In this document: piece after piece, positions 9,189 through 17,375 of the stretch
Position numbering within the stretch: position 1 is the first letter of the stretch
How the letters are laid out: every line of letters starts with the position of its first letter
Source of the DNA: a virus
Lineage: Duplodnaviria > Heunggongvirae > Uroviricota > Caudoviricetes
IMG/VR virus record: IMGVR_UViG_3300037418_003165
Span: 1-64,000 of that record
DNA length: 64,000 bases
Reading direction: 5' to 3' (one strand)
Notes under the pieces: model-generated
The model's input: only the letters and a program-made list of their open reading frames with translations
What the model was told of the DNA's origin: nothing
Databases searched by the model: none
Made by a program: the position numbers and the translations under genes

Positions 9189-9698
9189 ATGACCGAAAAC
9201 ACCAGCGTCCAAACCCGGCCCGACACCAGCGCGGCCGCCGACCTGCTCCCAGCCCACGGCATGTGGAAAGAGCTGGAAGCCATCGGCATTCGACGAGGCG
9301 CACAGGCTGACGACCCGCTGTTCGTGCACGCCACGCTGCCCGAAGGCTGGGCGCTCATCGGGCTCGACAAGTCCATTTCATCCGAGGTAGTCGACGACCG
9401 CGGCGTCGTCCGCGCCGAAGTCCTCTACACCGCCGGGCCCGACGGCCCCCGCGGATTCATCTACCCGGTCCGCATCGGCGCCCGCCTGGCTCGATGGGCG
9501 GTCTACGCCAAGACCCCGGTCGCGTTGCCGCGCAGCTGGTCCACCCTCAACGCCGACGAGCGAGCCGAATTCGTCGCCGAGCTCGAGTCGGTCATGGCGG
9601 CTGTCCCGCTGCGGCCCAACGAGAACGAACAGGAAGCCGATGAGCGTGCGAAAGCGCTGTTCAATCTCGCTCTTCGCCCGGAGGTCGCCGCCCGATGA
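9189..9698 (+). CDS. Hypothetical protein, paralog of 7460..8095.
   Basis: See the paralog blocks. ATG 9189. Confidence 0.55.
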   Translation: MTENTSVQTRPDTSAAADLLPAHGMWKELEAIGIRRGAQADDPLFVHATLPEGWALIGLDKSISSEVVDDRGVVRAEVLYTAGPDGPRGFIYPVRIGARLARWAVYAKTPVALPRSWSTLNADERAEFVAELESVMAAVPLRPNENEQEADERAKALFNLALRPEVAAR

Positions 9699-9880
9699 GC
9701 GACAGCACCAGCAGCGAAGGCCTCCAGCACGTGTGGGGGCCGCGGGTGCGCCGCGGCCGAAAACGCACCCCCGTCGTGCCCTGCCTCCACTGCCCGGTCG
9801 TGTGGTGGCCCGGCCGCAAAGAACCGCAAACCTGCACCCGATCCCGCCGGCCCGCGTCGAAGGAGACCCGGAATGCCTGA
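9695..9880 (+). CDS. Small hypothetical protein.
   Basis: ATGA overlap. Confidence 0.4.
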   Translation: MSDSTSSEGLQHVWGPRVRRGRKRTPVVPCLHCPVVWWPGRKEPQTCTRSRRPASKETRNA

Positions 9881-10160
9881 CCTCGACACTCCCGCCGTTA
9901 CCGGCGCTGTCGAATACGGCTGCCGCCTGATCGAGGACGACGGCGTCGTCGCGATCGTGCAGACGCAACGGCCCGGCGACCTCGACCAGGCGGTCAGCCT
10001 GGTCGGCGCGGCCCGGCAGGCACAGCGACGCGTGGGCGGCATCGCGCATGCCCACCTCGTATGCCGACACCTCGACCGCGACGGAAGACCGGTCGACGAA
10101 TGGCAGGCCGCCCCCAACCCCACCCACACCCTCGACGAGACCTCAGGAGAGTCCACGTGA
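9873..10160 (+). CDS. Hypothetical protein.
   Basis: Listed ORF that overlaps the upstream stop. Confidence 0.45.
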   Translation: MPDLDTPAVTGAVEYGCRLIEDDGVVAIVQTQRPGDLDQAVSLVGAARQAQRRVGGIAHAHLVCRHLDRDGRPVDEWQAAPNPTHTLDETSGEST

Positions 10161-10996
10161 GCAGCGGTCAGAAAACCCGCACCCTCCAGCACTTTCCGGA
10201 CATGAACTATCGCGCCGGGCGACGCATTGCGCGCCGCTGGTCCGGTCCCAACCCTCAGCTGCCGGCCTACTATCGGGCCGCCGGTGTCGAGAATTTTCGC
10301 GCATCGGAGATCCTTCGCCGCCTCGCCGAGGCACCGATCCGGAATCGGCTGGCCGCCACCCCGTGTGACGTCGGCGCCCGCACCGATAACCCGTATTGGC
10401 GGATCGTGCGACAGATGCCGGTAGGGAGATTCCCACTCTTCGATCCGTGGCCGGTCGATTCCCTGGATCTCCTCGGCAGCCAGTCCGATGACGCCCCACG
10501 GCCTGTCCGTGATGGCCTGGTCCGCCAGTACGCTTTCGCGATCCCGTCACCATCGGATCTCGCGTGGTGCCGGCAGATACTCGGCGGCCGCGCGGTCCTG
10601 GAGATCGGTGCCGGCACCGGCTATTGGGCGTGGCAGCTGCGCCAGCTCGGCATCGATGTTCTCGCGATCGACAACGGCGACTGGTCATGGCCGATGCAGT
10701 GGACCCGCGTCGACGACAGCAACACCGCCATGGCCGTGCTGAAGAATCCCGACCGGGCTCTGATGATGATCTGGCCGCCCTACAGCGACTCGATGGCCAG
10801 CGCCGTGCTCGACTTCTACACCGGCGACCTCCTTATCTACGCCGGCGAAGAACGCTACGGATGCACCGCTGATGACGAATTCCACGAGGCCCTCGAAACA
10901 CGCTGGGAGGAAATCAGCACCGCGCCACACCATCCGACGTTCGAGGGCATCCACTGCCGCCTGCGCGCCTACCGCCGCCGGCCGGTGACACCATGA
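10157..10996 (+). CDS. Class I SAM-dependent methyltransferase.
   Basis: Motif I VLEIGAGTGYWA. GTGA overlap start. Confidence 0.6.
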   Translation: MSSGQKTRTLQHFPDMNYRAGRRIARRWSGPNPQLPAYYRAAGVENFRASEILRRLAEAPIRNRLAATPCDVGARTDNPYWRIVRQMPVGRFPLFDPWPVDSLDLLGSQSDDAPRPVRDGLVRQYAFAIPSPSDLAWCRQILGGRAVLEIGAGTGYWAWQLRQLGIDVLAIDNGDWSWPMQWTRVDDSNTAMAVLKNPDRALMMIWPPYSDSMASAVLDFYTGDLLIYAGEERYGCTADDEFHEALETRWEEISTAPHHPTFEGIHCRLRAYRRRPVTP

Positions 10997-11706
10997 CGAT
11001 CCTCGCCGTCCTCGCCATCTTCTGCATCGGCCTGGCGACCTTCAACCTCATCTGTCGCCGGCTCCAGAAGGCAGCACAGCGTCACAACGCTGCGCCATCG
11101 CCGGCGCCAGCGTCGACGCCGTTCCGCACCTTGTTGCTGGTCACCCCATCCGACGAAGCGCTCACAGACACTGCGAAGAGCGTGCTGATCGACACCTGGG
11201 GCGACCTCCCGGTGTCTGAACTGACCAGTAAGAGCGTGATCGACCTCGCATTCGAATTCCAGGCGACCTTCCCCAGCCCGCAATACGACGACCAGACACG
11301 CCTGCGGATCGCCGAGTCGGTCCACGCCGTGTTGCATGGCACTCCCACACAACCGACACCGGAGCCGAAGCCAGTAGCGAAAGCCCCAACCGCAGAAAGC
11401 ATTTCGCAAACGCGAAAAGAACTCCAGGAACTGGCGGCCCCTGTCAGACGTATCACTGGCTCCAGCGAGAACGTCTCCGGCGGCATCTACATGGACCTGT
11501 ACCTGACGGCCTGCAGCGGCAACGTGCACGACGTGATCGTCCTGCACCGCTGCGTGATCACCGGCTGCAGCGGCTCCGGACGCATTTTCACCGCGCCCGG
11601 CGTACCGGTCGCGATCGAGGGCAGCAGCGGCAGCATCAAGGTCGTGCAGATGCCGTGGTCCTATCTGGCCAAACAGGCTGAAAAGCAATGGAAGTCGCCC
11701 AGATGA
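10993..11706 (+). CDS. Membrane-anchored hypothetical protein.
   Basis: N-terminal TM ILAVLAIFCIGLATF. ATGA overlap. Confidence 0.55.
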   Translation: MTILAVLAIFCIGLATFNLICRRLQKAAQRHNAAPSPAPASTPFRTLLLVTPSDEALTDTAKSVLIDTWGDLPVSELTSKSVIDLAFEFQATFPSPQYDDQTRLRIAESVHAVLHGTPTQPTPEPKPVAKAPTAESISQTRKELQELAAPVRRITGSSENVSGGIYMDLYLTACSGNVHDVIVLHRCVITGCSGSGRIFTAPGVPVAIEGSSGSIKVVQMPWSYLAKQAEKQWKSPR

Positions 11707-12200
11707 GCGCATTCGAAATTTTCTGGTGCATCTCGATCATCGTGCTGGCCGTAGCATTCGGCTGGGCAGTCGCACCGCTGTTCCGCCGCCGGGCAACCCG
11801 ACCGGCGCCAGGGTGGCAATCCGGCGGCGCGCCGTTCGATCCGATCGCTGAACTGAGGAAACGGCTGCCCTGCGCGCCCGCGGACCACTGGTGGGAATTG
11901 ACCATCGACCGCGACGAGAACTACCGCATGATTCTCCGCGTCGCGCTGCGGACCTACCACCGAGCCACGATCGAGGACATAGCTACCCGCGGGTCACGGC
12001 TTGTCGCATACCGCCAAGTCGACCTTACTGCCCACGCCAGCAACGAATTTCGAGCACTGAACCACATGCTGCCGACGCTCATGCCTTACGTGGCGTTCGA
12101 CGAGATCGTCACCAAGAACACGGCCTGGGCGCAACAACAGGTCGAAATCTACGGAATGCCCGGCACAGACGGGCCACTACACCACGAGGTGATCATATGA
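11703..12200 (+). CDS. Hypothetical membrane protein.
   Basis: ATGA overlap. TM at FWCISIIVLAVAFGWAVAPLF. Confidence 0.5.
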   Translation: MSAFEIFWCISIIVLAVAFGWAVAPLFRRRATRPAPGWQSGGAPFDPIAELRKRLPCAPADHWWELTIDRDENYRMILRVALRTYHRATIEDIATRGSRLVAYRQVDLTAHASNEFRALNHMLPTLMPYVAFDEIVTKNTAWAQQQVEIYGMPGTDGPLHHEVII

Positions 12201-12556
12201 AGAATGAAGTCCCGCAAAACGAATCGCGGGACGAGATGGCCGAGCGGGCGCTGCGTTGGTGTCGCGCAAATGACGGCGGCCGCCTCGGGGTCTGGTGGCC
12301 CTGCGGTTCCCATCCGAGGGACCCGGCTGACACGAGCCAACCGATCATGGCTGTGATGTGGGACGGCGGCGGCACTGGTGAACTCGGCGTGTTCTACGAC
12401 AAGGCCGGTGCCGATGACATGGAAACCATCTGCGACATCTTCAATTGGGCCCTCGACCAGCTTGTCCCCAGCGTGCGGGGATACTACGGCGACCGGACAT
12501 ATCTCCTCCCGAAGTCTCCGCCGGCGGCCGCCGAGGCGGAGGAGGACCGCCCGTGA
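12197..12556 (+). CDS. Hypothetical protein.
   Basis: ATGA overlap. MKNEVPQNESRDE... Confidence 0.5.
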   Translation: MKNEVPQNESRDEMAERALRWCRANDGGRLGVWWPCGSHPRDPADTSQPIMAVMWDGGGTGELGVFYDKAGADDMETICDIFNWALDQLVPSVRGYYGDRTYLLPKSPPAAAEAEEDRP

Positions 12557-13257
12557 CGAAACTCCTTCTCGAAGGTATCGCTGGCTCGACAGCCTATGGT
12601 TTGAGCCGCCCGGGCAGCGATCTCGACTACATCGGCATCTACGTCGAACCCACCCGAAACTTTCTCGGACTCCACCCGCCCTCTCGTGAACGCGCCACCC
12701 GGAAAGGCCGCGGGGGAGCAGACGGCACCTTCCACGAGATCGGCAAGTCGATGACCCTCATGCTCGCCTGCAACCCACACGCGCTCGAAATCCTCTGGCT
12801 CGACAACTACACCCACTCAACCGGTTTCGGCTGGGAACTCATCGCCCTGCGAGACTGCTTCCTGTCAGCTCAAAACGTGCGTGACCGATACTTCGAGTAC
12901 GCCCGTGGGCAACTCAAGCGACTGGTCAATTCGGGCCGCTTCGCCGGATCGCTCGAAACGCGACGAGAGAAGCACGCCCGCCACACCATGCGGATCCTCT
13001 GGCAAGGCTACGAGCTATACACCACCGGCACTCTGCCGATCCGCGTACCTGCGCCTGAGCTCCTGTTCGAGTTCGGGCAGCGGGTTGCGCACGACCCAGA
13101 TGCCCGAGCAGCCGAAACGCTGATCGCCGAATACGAAGCGAAGTTCGACGACGCACGCACAGTCCTTCCGGCTGAGCCCACCGAAGCACCACTCGAAGAC
13201 CTTCTGCAGCGCATCCGTCGCGCTCACCTCGAGATCGCGGACGGAGGCCGATCATGA
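12553..13257 (+). CDS. Pol-beta-superfamily nucleotidyltransferase.
   Basis: GSTAYGLSRPGSDLDYIG matches the GS...SDxD nucleotidyltransferase motif. GTGA overlap start. Confidence 0.6.
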   Translation: MTKLLLEGIAGSTAYGLSRPGSDLDYIGIYVEPTRNFLGLHPPSRERATRKGRGGADGTFHEIGKSMTLMLACNPHALEILWLDNYTHSTGFGWELIALRDCFLSAQNVRDRYFEYARGQLKRLVNSGRFAGSLETRREKHARHTMRILWQGYELYTTGTLPIRVPAPELLFEFGQRVAHDPDARAAETLIAEYEAKFDDARTVLPAEPTEAPLEDLLQRIRRAHLEIADGGRS

Positions 13258-13856
13258 GCGAAATCTGGTACGTGTCAGACCTGCATATCGATCATCGCTT
13301 CGTGGCCGCCGAGCGGGGATTCGATTCGACGGCGGAGCATGACCGTGTCCTGGCCGAGAACTGGGACAGCAGAGTCGCACGGGACGACATAGTGGAGGTA
13401 CTCGGCGACATCTCGGTCGGCGGCAAGCGTGCGGAACTGAATGCATTGCAGTGGGTTTCGCGGCGCCCAGGCCGCAAGCACCTGAAAGCAGGCAACCATG
13501 ACGGCTGCCACGCAATGCGCAGCGAAGCGGCCAAGTGGCAGCGGATTTACCTCGACACCGCATTCGAATCAGTCCAGCAGTACGGGATCCGCAAGATCGC
13601 TGATCAACGGGTATTGCTATGTCACTTCCCCTTCCAGGGCAGCGATTACGGCGACCACACGCCAGAGAACCGCTTCGAGGAGTGGCGGCTCCCGTGCATC
13701 GGCGAGAACGCCGACCGATGGCTGCTGCACGGGCACACCCACAGCCCGATCAAGGTCCGCGGCCGCCAACTCCACATCGGCCTCGACGCCCACGACCTGA
13801 CCCCGGTGCCGCAGACATGGGTGCAACACATGATTGCCAACGATCCACCGTTCTGA
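13254..13856 (+). CDS. Calcineurin-like metallophosphoesterase.
   Basis: DLHIDH, GNHD and GHTH metal-binding motifs. ATGA overlap. Confidence 0.7.
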   Translation: MSEIWYVSDLHIDHRFVAAERGFDSTAEHDRVLAENWDSRVARDDIVEVLGDISVGGKRAELNALQWVSRRPGRKHLKAGNHDGCHAMRSEAAKWQRIYLDTAFESVQQYGIRKIADQRVLLCHFPFQGSDYGDHTPENRFEEWRLPCIGENADRWLLHGHTHSPIKVRGRQLHIGLDAHDLTPVPQTWVQHMIANDPPF

Positions 13857-14266
13857 TGGACCTTCTCCTCTACCTGCCAGCGATCATCGGCGGCATCGCC
13901 ACCTACGTTGCCGTCGGCCGGTTTCATCCTGACCGGCGACGCGGCCCACGCCGCCCCCATCCCGCGCTCGAGCGGGCACTGATGGAGGAGATGAATAAGC
14001 AGCTCCACGCGCATGTGATCGAGCTGGACCGCTACCGCCGAGAACTCAGTACTTTCCGCAAAACATCTACCCCTCAACACATTCCGAAGTCGCAGCCTGC
14101 ACGGCTCGAAGAGTTCACCGCGTTCTGCGACTGCCCGAAATGCAAACGCCACGCCTGCCATCCGCTCCGCGTCGCCCCGAAGACCGACGGCGCCGAGCCG
14201 GCAACAGAGATAGTCCGCACCTGCATCGAACCAGAGTGTGGGCAGGAATGGAGACAACGACGATGA
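13856..14266 (+). CDS. Hypothetical membrane/Cys-rich protein.
   Basis: ATG shares a base with the upstream stop. N-terminal TM LLLYLPAIIGGIATYVAV. Confidence 0.45.
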   Translation: MDLLLYLPAIIGGIATYVAVGRFHPDRRRGPRRPHPALERALMEEMNKQLHAHVIELDRYRRELSTFRKTSTPQHIPKSQPARLEEFTAFCDCPKCKRHACHPLRVAPKTDGAEPATEIVRTCIEPECGQEWRQRR

Positions 14267-14312
14267 GCCGCATCTACTCCCACACCCCGGCTGCCAGCGG
14301 CGAGGTCCATGC

Positions 14313-14561
14313 ATGAACTGGAGCTGCACACCCAGCGGAGGGCGCAGGGAGACCGTCGAATTCACCGTCGTAGACGTGAACCCGGCGATGTTCCGTGTGC
14401 TGTTCAACATCCCGGACGGCTTCCCGCTCTGGTACAGGACGCCGCAGCTCGCGCTGCCGGTCGGGCCACTCGGCCGGATCCAGGCACGTCTGGAAGCCGA
14501 ACTCGGCTTCTCGCTGCGCGTGACGCCGCTGGGCATCGGAGCACAACCATGTGGGTTCTGA
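14313..14561 (+). CDS. Hypothetical protein.
   Basis: ATG 14313 with GGAGG upstream. In frame with listed ORF 14238..14561. Confidence 0.4.
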   Translation: MNWSCTPSGGRRETVEFTVVDVNPAMFRVLFNIPDGFPLWYRTPQLALPVGPLGRIQARLEAELGFSLRVTPLGIGAQPCGF

Positions 14562-14701
14562 TCTTCGGCGTCGCCACCGCGAACGCCGCGTATGACGCTG
14601 TCGAGCACCATGTTCCATTCGACTGGGTATGGGCAACGTTTTGGGGGATTCTCACGCTGCTCGCGCTGATCAACCATCTTCGCGAAGGGAAGAAGCCATG
14701 A
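14549..14701 (+). CDS. Small membrane protein (50 aa).
   Basis: MWVLIFGVATANAAY...WATFWGILTLLALINHL. Overlaps the upstream stop. Confidence 0.4.
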   Translation: MWVLIFGVATANAAYDAVEHHVPFDWVWATFWGILTLLALINHLREGKKP

Positions 14702-14770
14702 CCAACCCGACCTCTACTCGAAACGATGAGCGGCTATCCCGGTGTCGCCGGGTGGCACGGATAGCCGACA

Positions 14771-15310
14771 GTGGCTGAGCAAAGACGTCACATCGGCTGG
14801 TGCAGGCCGTGCCGCAAACAACTGTTCACCAGCCGTAAGGCGGCCAAACGCGCCTGCCGCCGCCGACACCCGGCAGAACAACTCACCGCCTACCGGTGCC
14901 CTGTCGATGACGGCTGGCACGGCGGGCATCTTCCGCGCAAGGTGCGAGAGGGCAGGGTGGCGCGCTCGCAGTACTACGAGCAGCGGCCACGAAGCCGACG
15001 AAAGGACGCGACCACAGTGGACGACCGGAGCTGGCAGCCGAAGGATGCGATCGACCAGATCCTCTACGAGGTGTGGTGCAGCGCAATGGATGCCGCCTAC
15101 AGCAAGGACTTTCGGAAACGAACGCACGAGTGCTCGGTGTGCCACGAACCGCACTCGATCCTCGACGAGGACAAATACCTCGAGTATCAGAGCACAGTGC
15201 TGAACTATCGACGGCAGGCACTCGATGCCCACATTGCGCAGCAAAGCCGCCCGGTAGCTGTCCAATCTGCCAAGGAATCTTCGCCAGAGCTGCGACACGA
15301 CGTGGAATAG
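14771..15310 (+). CDS. Hypothetical Cys-rich basic protein.
   Basis: Listed 179-aa ORF with a GTG start. Confidence 0.45.
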   Translation: MAEQRRHIGWCRPCRKQLFTSRKAAKRACRRRHPAEQLTAYRCPVDDGWHGGHLPRKVREGRVARSQYYEQRPRSRRKDATTVDDRSWQPKDAIDQILYEVWCSAMDAAYSKDFRKRTHECSVCHEPHSILDEDKYLEYQSTVLNYRRQALDAHIAQQSRPVAVQSAKESSPELRHDVE

Positions 15311-15468
15311 CCTTGGCGTAGGTAGGCAATATGGCTACAGTGGCGATTACTTCCGGTGCGCTAGCTGGGGCTACTTCATCAGAATGCGGATCTGACACCG
15401 AAATGCCTCGGCGACCTTTTTTCTCGGGAGTACAAACTTCAGAGTGTGGTTGATCGCCCGGTGCGATA

Positions 15469-15577
15469 GGTGAGAGTTACTTCGCCCTCAAGCGGGGAAC
15501 GCGGGTTCGAATCCCGTCGCAGCGCTGAGCGTGCTGTGTGGTCGAGCGGCCTATGACACCTACAGTCACTTTCACCA
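15469..15577 (+). ncRNA. Y-RNA-like (YrlA-type) ncRNA candidate 1, carrying a permuted tRNA-like domain.
   Basis: T-arm gcggg-ttcgaat-cccgt (15501-15517). 3' acceptor-like cgcagcg (15518-24) pairs with tgctgtg (15532-38) across a 7-nt loop. D-arm gtcg-agcggccta-tgac (15541-57). A 13-bp closing stem forms between 15469-81 and 15565-77. Lies immediately upstream of rsr. Confidence 0.55.
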
Positions 15578-15607
15578 GGGCTTGTTTTTCTCGGGCGATC
15601 GTCGACC

Positions 15608-15771
15608 CCTTCGGGGGCGGAGCCTGGTGCGCTGGCGTGGGTTACTTCCACTGTTAATGGAGAGGTTGCAGGTTCGATTCCTGTCACACCCCCCGTAAGG
15701 ATCGGGTGTGTAGCTCAATTGGCAGAGCGCTATCACCTTCGCCGAATCTTTCTCAGGCCCCGCTCCCGAAA
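15608..15771 (+). ncRNA. Y-RNA-like (YrlA-type) ncRNA candidate 2, with a permuted tRNA-Asn-like domain.
   Basis: Hairpin ttcca-ctGTTaa-tggag. T-arm gcagg-ttcgatt-cctgt (15668-84). 3' acceptor cacaccc (15685-91) pairs perfectly with gggtgtg (15704-10) across a 12-nt loop. D-arm gctc-aattggc-agagc. A 17-bp closing stem forms between 15610-26 (ttcgggggcggagcctg) and 15753-69 (caggccccgctcccgaa). Confidence 0.6.
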
Positions 15772-15812
15772 CTCTGAATGCTTGTGCCCCCGCCATCCAC
15801 AGAAGGGCAGGC

Positions 15813-17375
15813 ATGAGCAAGTTCAACGGCAGCGCCGCGCGGGCAGTCGCCGCGGGCCCGATCCAAACCGGTTTCGCCCGCGACGCGAAATCCGAACTCT
15901 TCCTCCTCGCCATCACCAACATGGTCGGGGAGAAGACCTTCTACGAGACCGCGATCGAACGCGATTCCCGATTTGCCGGGCTCGTCCGCACCATCGCCCT
16001 CAACGACCTCGACTGGCTCACTCGCTTCGGGCGCTGGCTGCGCACCGAAGTGAACATGCGCAGCGTGTCTCTCGTGCTCGCCGCAGAAGCCGCCAAAGCC
16101 ACCAACGACGCTGGACAGCACGGTGGCCGCGAACTCGTCAACGCCGTGCTCCAGCGCGCCGACGAACCGGGGGAGATGGTCGCCTACTGGCTGTCGCACT
16201 ACGGGCGCCGACTCCCGAAACCCGTCAAGCGAGGCATAGCCGACGCCGCGGCCCGGCTCTACAACGAACGCTCAACCCTCAAGTGGGACAGCGCCGGCCA
16301 CGGCATCCGCTTCGCCGACGTCATCCAGCTCACCCACCCCGACCCCCAGGCCCTCTGGCAGTCGGAGCTGTTCAAATACCTCGTCGCCCGCCGCTGGGGC
16401 AACGACGTCGAGCCCTCGCCCCGCCTCCAGATGCTGCACGCCAACGCCCACATGCGCACCCACAGCCCCGAGCACATCAAGACGCTGGCGACGAGCGGCC
16501 ACCTGGCGGAACTGCTGCGTCTGGCCGGAATGACCTGGGAAGCGATCCCCGTCCTCGTGCAGGGACCGTGGACTGCCGAACTGTGGTCGGCGGCGATCCC
16601 GACCATGGGTTACATGGCGCTCACGCGCAACCTTCGCAATTTCGACCAGGCCCACGTCAGCGACGATATCGCCGAGCAGGTCGCTGCACGCCTCAGCGAC
16701 CCCCAGCAGGTCGCACGGTCGGGGATGCTGCCAATGCAGTTCCTGTCCGCCTACCGGGCCGCGCCCTCACTGCGCTGGGCGTACCCGCTGGAAAAGGCCC
16801 TCGATCTATCGCTGGCCAACATCCCGCAGCTCCGCGGCCGCACGCTGGTGCTGGTCGACACCTCCTCCTCGATGGATGCCGGCTTCTCCAAGGACGGCAC
16901 CCTCCGGCGCTGGGACGCGGCCGCACTCTTCGGAATCGGCCTCGCCGCCCGCTGCGAGTCAGCCGACCTCGTGTCGTTCTCCAGTACTGCCCAGTACTGG
17001 GGGCAGCCCCACAACGCCCACACCCGCGAATTCACCACCACCGCAGGCGAATCCCTACTCAAAGCCCTCGACCGGTGGAAGCAGGGCGGATGGTTCCTCG
17101 GTGGCGGCACCGCCACCGCGGCCGCGGTGCGGCGCCACTTCAACGCCCACGACCGCGTAGTGATCCTCACCGACGAGCAGGCCCAGCACGACGGCCAGGA
17201 AGTCGGCCAGGCGCTCCCGAAGCAGGTGCCGCTCTACACCTGGAACCTCGCCGGCTACAAGCGCGGCCACGCCGCCGGCGGCCCGAACCGGCACACCTTC
17301 GGAGGCCTCACCGACAAGGCCTTCACGATGATCCCGCTCCTCGAGCGCGGCCGCGACTGCGATTGGCCCTTCTAA
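15813..17375 (+). CDS. rsr: Ro60/Rsr ortholog (TROVE domain plus C-terminal vWA domain).
   Basis: 520 aa. RBS GAAGGGCAGG. MIDAS motif LVLVDTSSSM. The overall TROVE-vWA architecture is typical of Ro60. Confidence 0.75.
   Translation: MSKFNGSAARAVAAGPIQTGFARDAKSELFLLAITNMVGEKTFYETAIERDSRFAGLVRTIALNDLDWLTRFGRWLRTEVNMRSVSLVLAAEAAKATNDAGQHGGRELVNAVLQRADEPGEMVAYWLSHYGRRLPKPVKRGIADAAARLYNERSTLKWDSAGHGIRFADVIQLTHPDPQALWQSELFKYLVARRWGNDVEPSPRLQMLHANAHMRTHSPEHIKTLATSGHLAELLRLAGMTWEAIPVLVQGPWTAELWSAAIPTMGYMALTRNLRNFDQAHVSDDIAEQVAARLSDPQQVARSGMLPMQFLSAYRAAPSLRWAYPLEKALDLSLANIPQLRGRTLVLVDTSSSMDAGFSKDGTLRRWDAAALFGIGLAARCESADLVSFSSTAQYWGQPHNAHTREFTTTAGESLLKALDRWKQGGWFLGGGTATAAAVRRHFNAHDRVVILTDEQAQHDGQEVGQALPKQVPLYTWNLAGYKRGHAAGGPNRHTFGGLTDKAFTMIPLLERGRDCDWPF

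Noticed and set aside
15440-15730. Interpretation of the T-arm-containing segments as two or three ordinary tRNA genes.
   Set aside because: For each T-arm, the complementary acceptor strand lies downstream rather than upstream (3' half before 5' half), and no anticodon arm continues the 5' fragments. The segments cannot fold as canonical tRNAs. The permuted tRNA-like (Y-RNA-type) reading fits better.
15440-15730. The tRNA 3' fragment as a phage attP core.
   Set aside because: No integrase is found in the 64-kb window. The matching 5' acceptor/D-arm half is also present 12 nt downstream, which attP does not explain.
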